64,000 bases of DNA from Spirochaetota bacterium. Its GTDB lineage: Bacteria; Spirochaetota; UBA4802; JAFGDQ01. Numbering within the stretch: the first letter of the stretch is position 1; the number at the start of each line of letters is the position of its first letter. Positions 1 through 11,016 of the stretch are shown piece by piece. Both the position numbers and the translations under genes were made by a program. The notes below the pieces were generated by a model, which worked only from the letters and a program-made list of their open reading frames with translations, did not search any database and had not been told where the DNA came from. Location: positions 128,001 through 192,000 of the forward strand of contig JAZDKB010000015.1 in NCBI GenBank assembly GCA_043803405.1, given 5' to 3'.

Positions 1-317
1 CTCAAAATTATTCCCAAAACCTGCATTTAAGTTATCTGTTGTAAAATTTAAGCTGTTCTTATATATAGAATAACAAGCAAATAAAATATCCTTTAAAAAT
101 TAATGTAATTCTTCAATTTCAAATAAGTTATAGAAAGAACGCAAAATTTATCATTATAAATAAAGTATATAAGGCATTATTTATTATTTTTTTAATATTT
201 ATATACAATCTGTAATTAAAAAAAATATATATATTTGTCAACTAATTTTAAATGTTTAGTGATAGTATTCACCTGATACATCCTTCTGAAATAAAATGAA
301 TTAACTTGCTATCTTTC

Positions 318-1931
318 TTATTTCACTTCCCCAATCCCGAACAGCCCTTCGTATACCCAGTAAATGAATTCGGCTTCGCGCATAGCATCGCCCCAGAACA
401 CGGGCCTTATGCCTTTCCACCGCTCTTCAATAAAGTCTGCCAGCAGTTTGTCCGCGTCTTCCGGCTCTGCTGCGCCGTACTGCACAAACAGCCCTGCAGA
501 GCGGTACGCGCAGAGTTCGCCCTGGCAAGGGCCCATTCCTATGCGCGTCCTTCGTTTTAAATCCTCAAGGTCCCGAACATTAAAATTCTTTATCACATAA
601 GCGATCTCGCCTTCTGTCACTATTTCGCATTCGCATATAATACGATAATTTTTTTTATCCCGCTTTAATATGCGCGCTATCCTTTCGCCGTGCCTGTTGA
701 ACGTTGATCCCACAACAGAGTTGGCTATCCCTGTATAATGCTTGACCGAACGCGCCTCAAGCTTCCTCATCTTTGACCCGGGCAAATGCTTTTTATGTGT
801 GACGCACTTTTTATTTATCTTTAGCTTTTTACACGCGAGGTCGGCAGCCATTTCCGCCATTAGCCTGTACGTCATCAGCTTGCCGCCCGTAATTGTAATG
901 ATGCCCCCTACCCCGTCGCGCTCCTCGTGATCCAGCAATGCAATGCCGCGGCTTATCTTCCTGCCGTCGTTCGCTTTTCCCTGGGCAACAAGCGGCCTTA
1001 CGCCGGAGTACACCCTCAGCACCCTTGCCTTTGCGACATCAGGAATCATCTCCTTCGCGCGCATATACAGCTCTTCTATCTCGTCATTATCCGGCATCGG
1101 GTTATCGATGCGGTTATAGTCTATATTTTTAGATGTGGTGCCCACAAGCGAAACAGTATCGTTAGGAACAATGATGTCTCCGTTCGAAGGCGCCCTGCAG
1201 CAGTTAAGCACAATATTGTTTATCCTGTAATCGATAACAAGAACGCTTCCCTTTGATGCGGTCATTTTAAGATCAATGCCTGCCATGCTGCACAAATTCT
1301 GCGCCCAGATTCCGGATGCATTGACAATGAGGTCCGCGTATATACCGAACTCCTCGCCTGTCTTTTCATCAACGCATGTAACGCCCTTTACGATATCTTT
1401 GTCGCGTATAATTCCTGTTATGCCAGTGTATGTGTATGCCTTTGCTCCGTGTTCCTCTGCATCGAGTATATTGGCAACAGCCAGCCTGAACGGGTCTATT
1501 GTGCCGTCCGGCACATGAAGGGCGGATACAATGCCGGGGTTAATATTGGGCGCCATTTTAAACACTTTTTTTACGTTTATATTTTCGCAGTGAATTCCGG
1601 CTTCCCTGCAGCCTTTCATTAATTTTTCGTGGTAGGATTCGTCATCTCCCGGGAGCGTAACGAACAGGCCGCCTGTGCTTTCAACGCAATTGCGCGCTAT
1701 CTTTTTTAATATGATGTTTTCCGAAATGCACTCGCGCGCGGACTCAATATCGCTCACTGCGTATCTCGCGCCCGAGTGCAGAAGCCCGTGGTTGCGTCCC
1801 GTAGTCCCGTTCGCAATATCCTTCTTCTCCAGAAGCACTGCCTTTATACCGCGCAGCGACAGATCGCGCAGCACGCCAGCGCCGGTTGCCCCTCCGCCAA
1901 TAACTATTGCCTGTGTATCAATTCTTTTCAT
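318..1931 (-). CDS. glpA: Anaerobic glycerol-3-phosphate dehydrogenase subunit A
   Basis: FAD motif IGGGATG, GTTGRNHGLLHSGARY, GGKLMTYRLMAE, C-terminal BFD-like CECE...RTRIGMGPCQGELC. Confidence 0.92.
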   Translation of the reverse strand: MKRIDTQAIVIGGGATGAGVLRDLSLRGIKAVLLEKKDIANGTTGRNHGLLHSGARYAVSDIESARECISENIILKKIARNCVESTGGLFVTLPGDDESYHEKLMKGCREAGIHCENINVKKVFKMAPNINPGIVSALHVPDGTIDPFRLAVANILDAEEHGAKAYTYTGITGIIRDKDIVKGVTCVDEKTGEEFGIYADLIVNASGIWAQNLCSMAGIDLKMTASKGSVLVIDYRINNIVLNCCRAPSNGDIIVPNDTVSLVGTTSKNIDYNRIDNPMPDNDEIEELYMRAKEMIPDVAKARVLRVYSGVRPLVAQGKANDGRKISRGIALLDHEERDGVGGIITITGGKLMTYRLMAEMAADLACKKLKINKKCVTHKKHLPGSKMRKLEARSVKHYTGIANSVVGSTFNRHGERIARILKRDKKNYRIICECEIVTEGEIAYVIKNFNVRDLEDLKRRTRIGMGPCQGELCAYRSAGLFVQYGAAEPEDADKLLADFIEERWKGIRPVFWGDAMREAEFIYWVYEGLFGIGEVK

Positions 1932-2289
1932 GTTTAAATTGCCTTAAAAGTAAGCCGCTTTACCGGCTCAAAGCGCTCATTATATTGATTTACAATAATC
2001 CGTCAATACAAAACTGTTATAATTATCAGACATAATACAAACAGAGGCTAATATTAAAAATCCAGTCCATCTGGTCAATTATTTATTAAGGCTGATTTTT
2101 TATGCCCGGGGCAATAAACTTTGAAAAATTTTACAACTCATCACAATATAAAGTTTTATAAAGATCAGTAAACAACTTTCTAATTTGAAATCAGACAATA
2201 TTTTTACTTTACTTGACAAATAATGAATCCGAAGTATAAAATATTCGGGTTACATTTTATCATTATTACTAACATTCCGGAGATTTAAT

Positions 2290-3069
2290 ATGATGTATAA
2301 GACTGGTTTGAAAATTGCCGCATGTTTTGTTATATTTATTTTTATTAGTTGTTCTTCCGAGACATCACATCTCAGAAAAATCCCAAGGGAAAAACGCAAG
2401 GGACTTGTAGTATTGAACTTTAAGAACAACACTCCCAAAAGCCGCGCATCGGAATACGAACCGTGGGAGTTCGGGATTGCCTCAATGATAATGACCGATA
2501 TTGAAACAATCGGCATGTTCAATATAATCAGCAAGGAGCGCCTTTCAGATGTAATGAAAGAACAGGAATTCCAGATGAGCGGTGCAGTTCAGGCTAAAGA
2601 TATGGTTGAAATTGGAAAGATTACAGGCGCAAAATACATACTTACAGGTTCCTTCATGGAAATGAACGGCGCGTTAAGACTGGAATCACAGGTGTTCTCC
2701 GTCGAGAAAGGAGCGCAGCTGGGTACTGCAGCAGTGAACGGAGCTACAAACAAGTTTTTTGATTTGGAGAAGGATATAGTAACGAAGATATCCGTGTTCC
2801 TTGACGCAATGCTGAGTGAGAACGAGCAGAAAGCAATTGCTTCCAAGGTTGATACAAAATCGGTTGAAGCATCGCTCAATAACTACAGCGGTGAAATTGC
2901 CTTTATGGAAGCAAAGACACTGAAAAAAGAAGGAAAGGAAGCGGAGGCCAAGCAGGCAATAAAAGAAGCAAAACAGAACTTTCAGAAAGCCGTTGCACTT
3001 GACCCGGCTTATGAAAAAGCAAAGAAGAACCTGTCAAGAGTGTCGCTCGCTATACCGGTTCAGTTATAA
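2290..3069 (+). CDS. CsgG/FlgO-like lipoprotein with helical (TPR-like) C-terminus
   Basis: Signal peptide ending FISC (lipobox-like); VVLNF, ERLSDVMKEQEF, IGKITGAKYILTGS typical of CsgG-like domains. Confidence 0.7.
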   Translation: MMYKTGLKIAACFVIFIFISCSSETSHLRKIPREKRKGLVVLNFKNNTPKSRASEYEPWEFGIASMIMTDIETIGMFNIISKERLSDVMKEQEFQMSGAVQAKDMVEIGKITGAKYILTGSFMEMNGALRLESQVFSVEKGAQLGTAAVNGATNKFFDLEKDIVTKISVFLDAMLSENEQKAIASKVDTKSVEASLNNYSGEIAFMEAKTLKKEGKEAEAKQAIKEAKQNFQKAVALDPAYEKAKKNLSRVSLAIPVQL

Positions 3070-3093
3070 TTAGCAGCTTATATTAGTCACAAT

Positions 3094-3138
3094 AAAAAAA
3101 CAGCCCGCGTCTCAATAGAGTGCGGGCTATTTGTTTTT
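3094..3138. terminator. Bidirectional intrinsic terminator
   Basis: A-tract, stem AGCCCGC/GCGGGCT, T-tract, between convergent genes. Confidence 0.75.
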
Positions 3139-3165
3139 ATAGAAATGCCTGTTTGCTTTTTGATA

Positions 3166-4119
3166 CTAAAATGGCTGTAAAACACTTACGAAAACTCCGT
3201 ATAAATAATCATTATTCCACTTGTCATTTAAATCGGAACCTGCGGCCGGGTTAAGAAAACGAACCTGTGTCCACTGGAACCTTAAACCTACGGTAAAGAT
3301 CGGCAAACCCTCGCCCATACTGGCTCCTATTGACGGCTCAAAATTTATTCCGCGCGTGCGCAGGTTAAATTTCTCATTATTACCATTGTCATGTTTAGTA
3401 GGAGTTAGATCATTACTATCATAAGAATAAGAGTCACTATCCATATCCATTTTTCCCCACATATAAAGAAAAGAAAGATTGGATGCAAAGAAGAATCTTT
3501 CTCCGACAGGTGCAGAAAGTCCAAGACCCAGTGCCGGCCCGTTATATGGCATTTTGATTTTGTTTTTTCCTACAATTGATATTAGCCTAGAACTTCCATT
3601 AAACCGTCTGAATGATACATTTTCTATTGTTATTCTTAGATATTGATATTTATAACCAGCAAATATTTTAAAATTATCCGTAATACGATAGCTTAAAGCC
3701 CCGTCCAGATCCAGACGCTTAACATTAAATGAATGATGGCCTGTACGGTATTCGGAACCTCCCGAGTATGGAGCATCTTCCTCCATCCAATGCGAGGATT
3801 GCTTACCATAAAGACCTGATAAAGAGAAAGAAAAATCCTGAGAAAACATTACGCTTAAAACAGGGCCATATAGTACTCCGTCTCCATTCTTCATTTCTTC
3901 AAACTCTGATACTCCTATATCCTTTAAATACGGATCCCATATAAAGTATCCGCCTTTTGCTCCGACTATGTAATCCAGCGCGGAAGCAGGCTGCGCGAAA
4001 CCCGATATAATCCCAAGGCTCATAAATAAAACGCACAATATGAGTTTTGCTCTTTTAATTATTAAAGCTGCCGGGCGGAAAATACTTATGGTCTTTGAAA
4101 CTGTCTCTGAATTCTTCAT
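3166..4119 (-). CDS. Putative outer-membrane beta-barrel protein
   Basis: Start moved to ATG 4119 (GAGGAG SD upstream); signal-like segment ending ASA; alternating aromatic/Gly strands; C-terminal Phe. Confidence 0.6.
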   Translation of the reverse strand: MKNSETVSKTISIFRPAALIIKRAKLILCVLFMSLGIISGFAQPASALDYIVGAKGGYFIWDPYLKDIGVSEFEEMKNGDGVLYGPVLSVMFSQDFSFSLSGLYGKQSSHWMEEDAPYSGGSEYRTGHHSFNVKRLDLDGALSYRITDNFKIFAGYKYQYLRITIENVSFRRFNGSSRLISIVGKNKIKMPYNGPALGLGLSAPVGERFFFASNLSFLYMWGKMDMDSDSYSYDSNDLTPTKHDNGNNEKFNLRTRGINFEPSIGASMGEGLPIFTVGLRFQWTQVRFLNPAAGSDLNDKWNNDYLYGVFVSVLQPF

Positions 4120-4355
4120 ACACTCCTCTTTTATTTTTTTTAAGATTATTTTTTTTAAAACAAATATCATACTGATTAAGCAAAACATAATTCTTGCAAT
4201 TATCATTAACAGATTTTTACTAAAAGTCAATTGCATTTTAAACAGCATGTTTATACATGTTATTATTATCGATATCCGGTAAAAATCATTGATATATTTT
4301 TATGTATTATTTATATTCCCAATGACTCTGACATTCACAAGGCATCATTAACAAC

Positions 4356-6305
4356 ATGGGCATAGCAGAAGATCTCATAATCATCATCCTTGTAGGCCTG
4401 TTCGCAGGATTAATCGCGAACAAGATAAAAATCCCGCCGATAATCGGATACATAATCGCAGGTATAATAATCGGGCCGTACACCGGCAGCGTCGGCGTAT
4501 CGGACATACCCCGCATTGAACTGCTGGCCGAGATAGGCGTCGCGCTCCTTCTCTTCTCGATAGGGCTTGATTTCTCGTTCAAAGAACTGAAAGAAGTCAA
4601 GGCAGTGGCGTTTATCGGCACACCTATACAAATATTATTGTTAATAGCATACGGCCTGCTGATCGGCCGCTTTTTCAACATGCCGTGGAACGTGTCGCTT
4701 GTATTCGGGATGATAATTTCGCTCTCGAGCACTATGGTTGTGCTGAAAACACTCATGAACAGGGGGCTAATCGGGACACTTTCGAGCAAGGTAATGATAG
4801 GCATTTTAATCATGCAGGACCTCGCGGCCATACCTTTAATGCTCGTTATCCCGAAGCTCAACGATATTAGCAGCAACCTCGTTCCGCTGGCTCTCACTTT
4901 AGTAAAGGCGCTCGTTCTGTTATCCGCGATAATATTCATCGGGATACGCATCATACCCTGGTTCCTGAAGAACGTTGCAAAGCTGAACTCAAGAGAACTG
5001 TTCCTTATAACGGTCACGGCAATAGGTCTCGGCGTTGGGTATCTCACGCATCTGTTCGGGCTTTCGCTCGCATTCGGCGCATTCGTTGCGGGCATGGTGA
5101 TCAACAATTCCGACTACAGCCACAAGGCGCTCAATGACATCATCCCGCTGCGCGACATTTTCGGGCTCATTTTCTTTACATCAATAGGAATGCTGCTGAA
5201 CCCGGTCTTCGTTTATAACAATATCTTTATTATATTAATTCTTGTGATACTTGTTATCGCAGGCAAGTTCATTGTGTTTTCCATGCTGAGCCTGGTATTT
5301 AAATATTTTAATATAATACCGCTCGCGCTCGGCTTCGGGCTTGCACAGGTCGGTGAATTTTCTTTTGTGCTCGCAAGGACAGGCCTTACAAACAAAATAA
5401 TTGATAATGATTTTTACTCTCTTGTACTCTCTGTCTCTGTTGTTACAATGATAATCTCACCCTTCTTATCATATCTGGCAGTGCCGGTTTACTCGATAAA
5501 AAAAAGATTGTTTAAACACGAACAGATTCAGACCGTAAATATTCCGGACACAGGGCTTAATAATCATATTGTAATTGCAGGAGGCGGACGCGTGGGTTTT
5601 GAGATCGCTTCGATGTTCCGCGAATCATGGTTCCCTTTCATCATACTCGAGCAGGATTTCCGGCGCTTTGAACAGGCAAAAGAGGCCGGTTTCCCTGTGA
5701 TATACGGGGACGCAGCGCAGGAGACCGTAATATCCGCTTCCAGAATAAAATCCGCGCGCCTGCTAATCATCACCATACCTTCTATTATGACTGCGCGCGA
5801 AATTGCAGCTTTGACTTTGCATTGTAATCCTAAGATAAAAATAATAGCAAGGGCTGATAACATTTCGGCAGTAGAAGAATTTTATAGCATGAACATTTTC
5901 GACGTAGTACAGCCCGAATTCGAGGCAAGCCTTGAAATAATAAGACAATCGCTGCTTTATCTAGATATACCGTTTACAGCAATATATAATTACACAGATA
6001 AAATCAGGCGCGAAAGATATGCATCCAGTCCTGCTCTGGATATCCAGCATTCGCTTTTATCAAACATTAAGAACACTCCCTTTCTGCTCGAAATAAGCTG
6101 GATAGAAGTCCGCAGCAAAAGTTCGATCTCCGGAAAATCGATGAGCGAAGCCGGAATAAGAGCAAAGACAGGCGTATCCGTAGTAGGCATTCTAAGACAG
6201 AATGAATTCCTTCCCAATCCGGACGCCGGCTTTATCTTCCGTACAGGAGATTACGTGGCTGTAATAGGCCTGCCAGAAGATATTAAACGGTTTAAGGAAT
6301 TGTAA
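4356..6305 (+). CDS. CPA2/Kef-type cation:proton antiporter with TrkA-N and TrkA-C domains
   Basis: Many TM helices, LAEIGVALLLFSIGLDF, GILIMQD, LAQVGEFSFV; RCK motifs AGGGRVG and IYGDA. Confidence 0.9.
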   Translation: MGIAEDLIIIILVGLFAGLIANKIKIPPIIGYIIAGIIIGPYTGSVGVSDIPRIELLAEIGVALLLFSIGLDFSFKELKEVKAVAFIGTPIQILLLIAYGLLIGRFFNMPWNVSLVFGMIISLSSTMVVLKTLMNRGLIGTLSSKVMIGILIMQDLAAIPLMLVIPKLNDISSNLVPLALTLVKALVLLSAIIFIGIRIIPWFLKNVAKLNSRELFLITVTAIGLGVGYLTHLFGLSLAFGAFVAGMVINNSDYSHKALNDIIPLRDIFGLIFFTSIGMLLNPVFVYNNIFIILILVILVIAGKFIVFSMLSLVFKYFNIIPLALGFGLAQVGEFSFVLARTGLTNKIIDNDFYSLVLSVSVVTMIISPFLSYLAVPVYSIKKRLFKHEQIQTVNIPDTGLNNHIVIAGGGRVGFEIASMFRESWFPFIILEQDFRRFEQAKEAGFPVIYGDAAQETVISASRIKSARLLIITIPSIMTAREIAALTLHCNPKIKIIARADNISAVEEFYSMNIFDVVQPEFEASLEIIRQSLLYLDIPFTAIYNYTDKIRRERYASSPALDIQHSLLSNIKNTPFLLEISWIEVRSKSSISGKSMSEAGIRAKTGVSVVGILRQNEFLPNPDAGFIFRTGDYVAVIGLPEDIKRFKEL

Positions 6306-6516
6306 GCAAAATAATTTGACTTCCCCGTCAAAACACTTTATTATTAGTTTTGCAACAAGTCAATTGTCTTGAATTACTTTATTATAATAGGTTTTGGGAC
6401 GCATTCTTTACAAAAGATAAATATATTAATTATTTTATAATTTAACGCTTACATAAAACATTCTGCTAATATAAACTCTTCCGGAAAACACACTGGTCTT
6501 TTTTACAAATTAGCAA

Positions 6517-6553
6517 TTGACTTTTTCTAACTGGTTTAATATACTGGTTTAAT
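6517..6553 (+). promoter_or_regulatory. Sigma70-type promoter of the TA operon with a direct-repeat candidate operator
   Basis: TTGACT(6517)-17 bp-TATACT(6540), ATG 6 nt later; ACTGGTTTAAT at 6530-6540 and 6543-6553. Confidence 0.65.
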
Positions 6554-6806
6554 GAAGAATAGAAGTAAAACAATCGGTTCCTTCAACGCAAAAACACATC
6601 TTGCACATATGCTTGCCGAGGTACAGGACGGTGTTGACTTTATTATCACGAAACGCGGCAAACCGGTTGCAAAACTGATAAAGCATACTGACGTTAAAGA
6701 TTACATTAAATTGACTGATATTATTTGCGAATTCGATGAGATCAGGAATTCCGTAAAAGGAAAAGTGAATATTAACCGGTATATAAACGAAGGCAGAAAG
6801 CATTAA
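6552..6806 (+). CDS. Phd/YefM family antitoxin
   Basis: FNAKTHLAHMLAEV...FIITKRGKPVAKL; TAATG overlap with PIN gene. Confidence 0.9.
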   Translation: MKNRSKTIGSFNAKTHLAHMLAEVQDGVDFIITKRGKPVAKLIKHTDVKDYIKLTDIICEFDEIRNSVKGKVNINRYINEGRKH

Positions 6807-7207
6807 TGAAATTCGTTATTGATTGCTCTTTTTCCTCAGCTCTGTTTCTCCCGGATGAAAAATCTGATTCTATCCGCACTTTTTTTATTAACCTTAAGGA
6901 TTCAGATCAAATTTATATACCGTTGCTATGGTGGTATGAATCAATAAATGTATTAAATGTTTCCCTTAAAAGAAAAAGATTGAATTTCAACGCAATATCG
7001 AAAATAATTGAATTATTTGATAAAATGCCGATTGAAACGGACATAAGCTACGGATCGCACTATTCTAAAAATATATTCGAATTAACTCAATTATATAAAA
7101 TATCCGCTTACGATGCGGCTTATATAGAACTGGCTGTGAGAAAAAAAGCTAAATTGATGACCCTGGATAAAGATTTAATAAAGGCATCTGAAATTGTCGG
7201 AGTATAG
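6806..7207 (+). CDS. vapC: VapC family PIN-domain toxin
   Basis: Acidic PIN residues in FVIDCS, YESIN, SAYDAAY, TLDKDL; 133 aa. Confidence 0.88.
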   Translation: MKFVIDCSFSSALFLPDEKSDSIRTFFINLKDSDQIYIPLLWWYESINVLNVSLKRKRLNFNAISKIIELFDKMPIETDISYGSHYSKNIFELTQLYKISAYDAAYIELAVRKKAKLMTLDKDLIKASEIVGV

Positions 7208-7268
7208 TATTTTATTATTTAGTTTAAATGATTATACTTAACCATTTACAAATTATTAAGGAAAACGA

Positions 7269-8924
7269 ATGCTTACATTAAAAAAATCCGGAAAATTCCA
7301 GCCGAGAAAAGGACCATTGCTTCTTATAATTATGGACGGCATTGGCATAGGGAAAGAAAACGATGGCAATGCGAGATACCTTTCCAGAATGCCCAATCTC
7401 AACAGGCTGATGAAGAACTGCATGTTCACTGAACTTAAGGCGCACGGGAAAGCTGTAGGGCTTCCGAGCGACGCGGACATGGGCAATTCGGAGGTAGGAC
7501 ACAACGCGCTCGGAGCAGGCAGGGTGTTCGATCAGGGCGCAAAGCTGGTTTCCGGCGCAATTGAGAACGGGAGCATCTTTGCTACAGAAACATGGAAAAA
7601 ATTAATTGCAAAACCGATATCCGTAAACAGGCAGCTTCACTTAATAGGCCTGCTGTCGGACGGCAATGTCCACTCGCATATAGACCATTTGTTTAAACTT
7701 GTCTCGGCAGCATCTAAAGAAGGAGTAAAGACAGTAAAACTGCACATACTTCTGGACGGCAGGGACGTCCCGGAAACCTCCGCACTTCTGTATGTCGATA
7801 AGCTGGAAGAATTTCTTAAAGGATTTCGGGATAAAGGACTCGATTACAGAATAGCTTCCGGCGGCGGGAGGATGGTAACGACAATGGACAGGTACGAAGC
7901 CGACTGGACAATAGTAAAGCGGGGATGGGAGGCGCATGTACTCGGAAAAGCAAGGGCATTTGCGTCTGCTAAAGAAGCGATCGAAACGTTCAGAAAAGAA
8001 ATCAAAGGAATAACGGATCAGTACCTGCCCTCTTTTATAATCGCAGATAATAAAGGCCCAATCGGTAAAATAGAAGACGGCGATTCAGTTATCTTTTTTA
8101 ATTTTCGCGGCGACAGAGCGATTGAGATCACCAAAGCATTTGAAGAAAAGAACTTCGATAAATTTGACAGAGTGAAATATCCCGATATTGTCTATGCAGG
8201 TATGATGGAATACGACGGCGATCTCAAAATACCGAAAAATTATCTTGTTATACCGCCTGCAATAGATAAAACCATAAGCGAATACCTTGTGCATTCCGGA
8301 ATAAAACAGTACGCAATATCCGAAACGCAAAAGTTCGGACATGTCACTTATTTCTGGAACGGGAACAGGAGCGGAAAATTCGACGATAATATGGAAACAT
8401 ATTTCGAAGTGCCTTCGGATAAAGTCGAGTTCGACCAGCGTCCGTGGATGAAAGCAGAAGAAATAACTGTTAAAACAATCGAAGCAATAAGAAGCGGTGA
8501 ATTCGGTTTCTTAAGGCTTAACTTTGCAAACGGAGACATGGTCGGACATACAGGCAATCTGGAAGCTGCAGTAATCGCGGCCGAGGTTGTGGATATCAGC
8601 ATTGGAAGGCTGCTTAAAACAATGTCGGAATTGCACGGGATTACTTTAATTACTGCGGATCACGGCAATCTTGATGAAATGTTCGAATTAGATAAAAACG
8701 GAAAATTCGAAACCGATAAAACCTCAGGAGAATATAAAAAGAAAACATCGCACACATTAAATACAGTGCCGTTTATTATATGTGACCCGGATTTTAAAGA
8801 CGAATATTATATAAATAAAAATATTAAAAACCCCGGACTCGGTAATGTCGCTTCAACGATTCTGGATTTGCTCGGTTTTGAAAAGCCGGCAGAATATTTA
8901 CCTTCGCTAATCGGGTTTAAATGA
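7269..8924 (+). CDS. gpmI: 2,3-bisphosphoglycerate-independent phosphoglycerate mutase
   Basis: MGNSEVGH, LSDGNVHSH, DGRD, NFRGDR, NGDMVGHTG, TADHGN. Confidence 0.96.
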   Translation: MLTLKKSGKFQPRKGPLLLIIMDGIGIGKENDGNARYLSRMPNLNRLMKNCMFTELKAHGKAVGLPSDADMGNSEVGHNALGAGRVFDQGAKLVSGAIENGSIFATETWKKLIAKPISVNRQLHLIGLLSDGNVHSHIDHLFKLVSAASKEGVKTVKLHILLDGRDVPETSALLYVDKLEEFLKGFRDKGLDYRIASGGGRMVTTMDRYEADWTIVKRGWEAHVLGKARAFASAKEAIETFRKEIKGITDQYLPSFIIADNKGPIGKIEDGDSVIFFNFRGDRAIEITKAFEEKNFDKFDRVKYPDIVYAGMMEYDGDLKIPKNYLVIPPAIDKTISEYLVHSGIKQYAISETQKFGHVTYFWNGNRSGKFDDNMETYFEVPSDKVEFDQRPWMKAEEITVKTIEAIRSGEFGFLRLNFANGDMVGHTGNLEAAVIAAEVVDISIGRLLKTMSELHGITLITADHGNLDEMFELDKNGKFETDKTSGEYKKKTSHTLNTVPFIICDPDFKDEYYINKNIKNPGLGNVASTILDLLGFEKPAEYLPSLIGFK

Positions 8925-10375
8925 AAATTGCATTTATAAGCCCGGAAGTGTATCCATTTGCAAAGACAGGCGGCCTTGCCGACGTCTCATTCGCGCTCCC
9001 GAAGGCTCTTGCAAAAGCCGGACACGATATCCGCATAATAATGCCCGCATACAAATCCATAAACAAAAATCAATATCAGCTTAAACTCACTGCAGCGCCG
9101 CTGATAATAACAATAAACAAAGAAGATAAATATGCCGCAATCCTGGAATCCGATATAATCCCGAATGTCAAAACTTACTTTATCGATTACGAAAATTATT
9201 TCGCGAGGGATAGCCTTTACGGCGACAGCACGGCCGATTACAACGATAACGCTGAACGTTTTTCTTTTTTCGCAAAGGCGGCAATAGAAGGGCTGATAAA
9301 AATCGGATTCAAACCCGAAATTATTCACTGTAATGACTGGCAGACGGGGCTGATTCCTCTTTATTTGAAAACCATATTCATCAATAATCCCTGGTTTAAA
9401 AATACGGCTGTTATTATGAGTGTTCATAACGCAGGTTATCAGGGAATATTTAAGCAGGCCGATACGGTCCTAAACGAGCTAAATAATACCTGCTTTAATA
9501 TAGAGGATCTGAAACATCATAATGGAATAAGTTTTCTAAAAAGCGGAATCCTTAATTCTGACATCATAACCACTGTAAGTAAAAAATACGCGGAAGAGAT
9601 ACAGACGAAGGAATTCGGATTCGGCCTGGAAGATATATTCAAAAGCAAAAAAGAATGCCTGTATGGAATTCCGAATGCAGTTGATTATGAAATATGGAAT
9701 CCTGAAACGGATCGTTTTTTACCTCGCAATTATTCCATAAAAAATATATCGCTAAAGAAAATAACAAAACTTGAAATCCAGAAAAGAGTTGCCATTTTAC
9801 CTGATGAAAATATCCCGCTGCTCGGAACAATATCACGGCTTACGTTTCAAAAAGGCATGGATATCCTTGCCGATACTCTTGAAATTCTTTTTCAGGACGA
9901 AAAATTTCAGTTCATAATTTCGGGGACGGGTGACCGGAGAATATCAGAACGATTCGATAGACTTAAAAAAATGTTTCCGCGATCCATAGGCGTATTCTGG
10001 GGATACGAAGAAGAGCTTGAGCATCTTCTTCAGGCCGGACTCGACATATCCATAATACCTTCAAGGTACGAGCCATGCGGGCTTACGCAGATGTACAGCA
10101 TGAAATACGGAACCGTGCCTGTTGTAAGGGCTACCGGCGGCCTTGATGAACTTGTCGAAGAATGGGATGACAGGAGCAAAAAAGGCAATGGATTTAAATT
10201 TAAAAATCTTACTCAAGAAGAATTATATAATACCCTAAGAAAATCTATAAAACAATATAATGATAAATACAGCTGGGATATTCTTCAAAGAAACGGAATG
10301 AATTATAATTATACATGGGATGACGCAGTAAAAGAGTATGAAAAGATATATAAATCCGCAATTAAAAGCAGTTAA
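8921..10375 (+). CDS. glgA: Glycogen synthase
   Basis: KTGGLADV, HCNDWQTG, HNAGYQG, PSRYEPCGLTQMYSMKYGT. Confidence 0.95.
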   Translation: MKIAFISPEVYPFAKTGGLADVSFALPKALAKAGHDIRIIMPAYKSINKNQYQLKLTAAPLIITINKEDKYAAILESDIIPNVKTYFIDYENYFARDSLYGDSTADYNDNAERFSFFAKAAIEGLIKIGFKPEIIHCNDWQTGLIPLYLKTIFINNPWFKNTAVIMSVHNAGYQGIFKQADTVLNELNNTCFNIEDLKHHNGISFLKSGILNSDIITTVSKKYAEEIQTKEFGFGLEDIFKSKKECLYGIPNAVDYEIWNPETDRFLPRNYSIKNISLKKITKLEIQKRVAILPDENIPLLGTISRLTFQKGMDILADTLEILFQDEKFQFIISGTGDRRISERFDRLKKMFPRSIGVFWGYEEELEHLLQAGLDISIIPSRYEPCGLTQMYSMKYGTVPVVRATGGLDELVEEWDDRSKKGNGFKFKNLTQEELYNTLRKSIKQYNDKYSWDILQRNGMNYNYTWDDAVKEYEKIYKSAIKSS

Positions 10376-10508
10376 AAGTTAAGACCTCCGGTAACAAGCT
10401 AAAGATAAATTTTTTAACAAAATAAAAAAGGCTTGAAATTATTATATAATCTTTGCATATTGCTAATGTAATTATCAAATATACGGGTTTTAATTGTTTT
10501 TATGTTTT

Positions 10509-10539
10509 AAAAAGAGAGTGGCCACGCCACTCTCTTTTT
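10509..10539 (+). promoter_or_regulatory. rimP-leader terminator/attenuator hairpin
   Basis: AAAAAGAGAGTGGC-CAC-GCCACTCTCTTTTT just upstream of rimP; resembles the conserved rimP-nusA leader. Confidence 0.7.
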
Positions 10540-10554
10540 GCAAGTAAGCGATAT

Positions 10555-11004
10555 ATGGAATCCAAATTTAATCCGGAAAACATAGATAAAATTGTACGGG
10601 ATACTGCCCGCGATCTGAATTATATTATATATGAATCATCGGTTTTATACAGAGGAGAACAGTCGAAAATCTATGTTAAGATTGATCATCCTGAAGGAAT
10701 ATCAGTTAAAGATTGTACTGTCTATACAAAAGAATTAACCAAACGGCTGGACATTGAAAAAGTACTTCCGAACTATTCCCTGGAAGTTTCTTCACCCGGA
10801 TTAAAAAGAAAATTAAGGAGCATAGAAGAATTTATCCGGTTTATAGGGTCCCCGGCAAAACTAATTTACTCCTCGGAAGACGGGACAAAAGTTATTAAAG
10901 GAATAATAAATAATATTATTGACACAAAAGTTGAACTAAAATCAGATAATAAGGAATATATTATTGATTTTGAGAAAATTACTAAGGCTAATTTAGAATA
11001 TTAA
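10555..11004 (+). CDS. rimP: Ribosome maturation factor RimP
   Basis: GISVKDC, YSLEVSSPG; upstream of nusA; start moved to ATG 10555. Confidence 0.9.
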   Translation: MESKFNPENIDKIVRDTARDLNYIIYESSVLYRGEQSKIYVKIDHPEGISVKDCTVYTKELTKRLDIEKVLPNYSLEVSSPGLKRKLRSIEEFIRFIGSPAKLIYSSEDGTKVIKGIINNIIDTKVELKSDNKEYIIDFEKITKANLEY

Positions 11005-11016
11005 AGGTTGTTGAAA

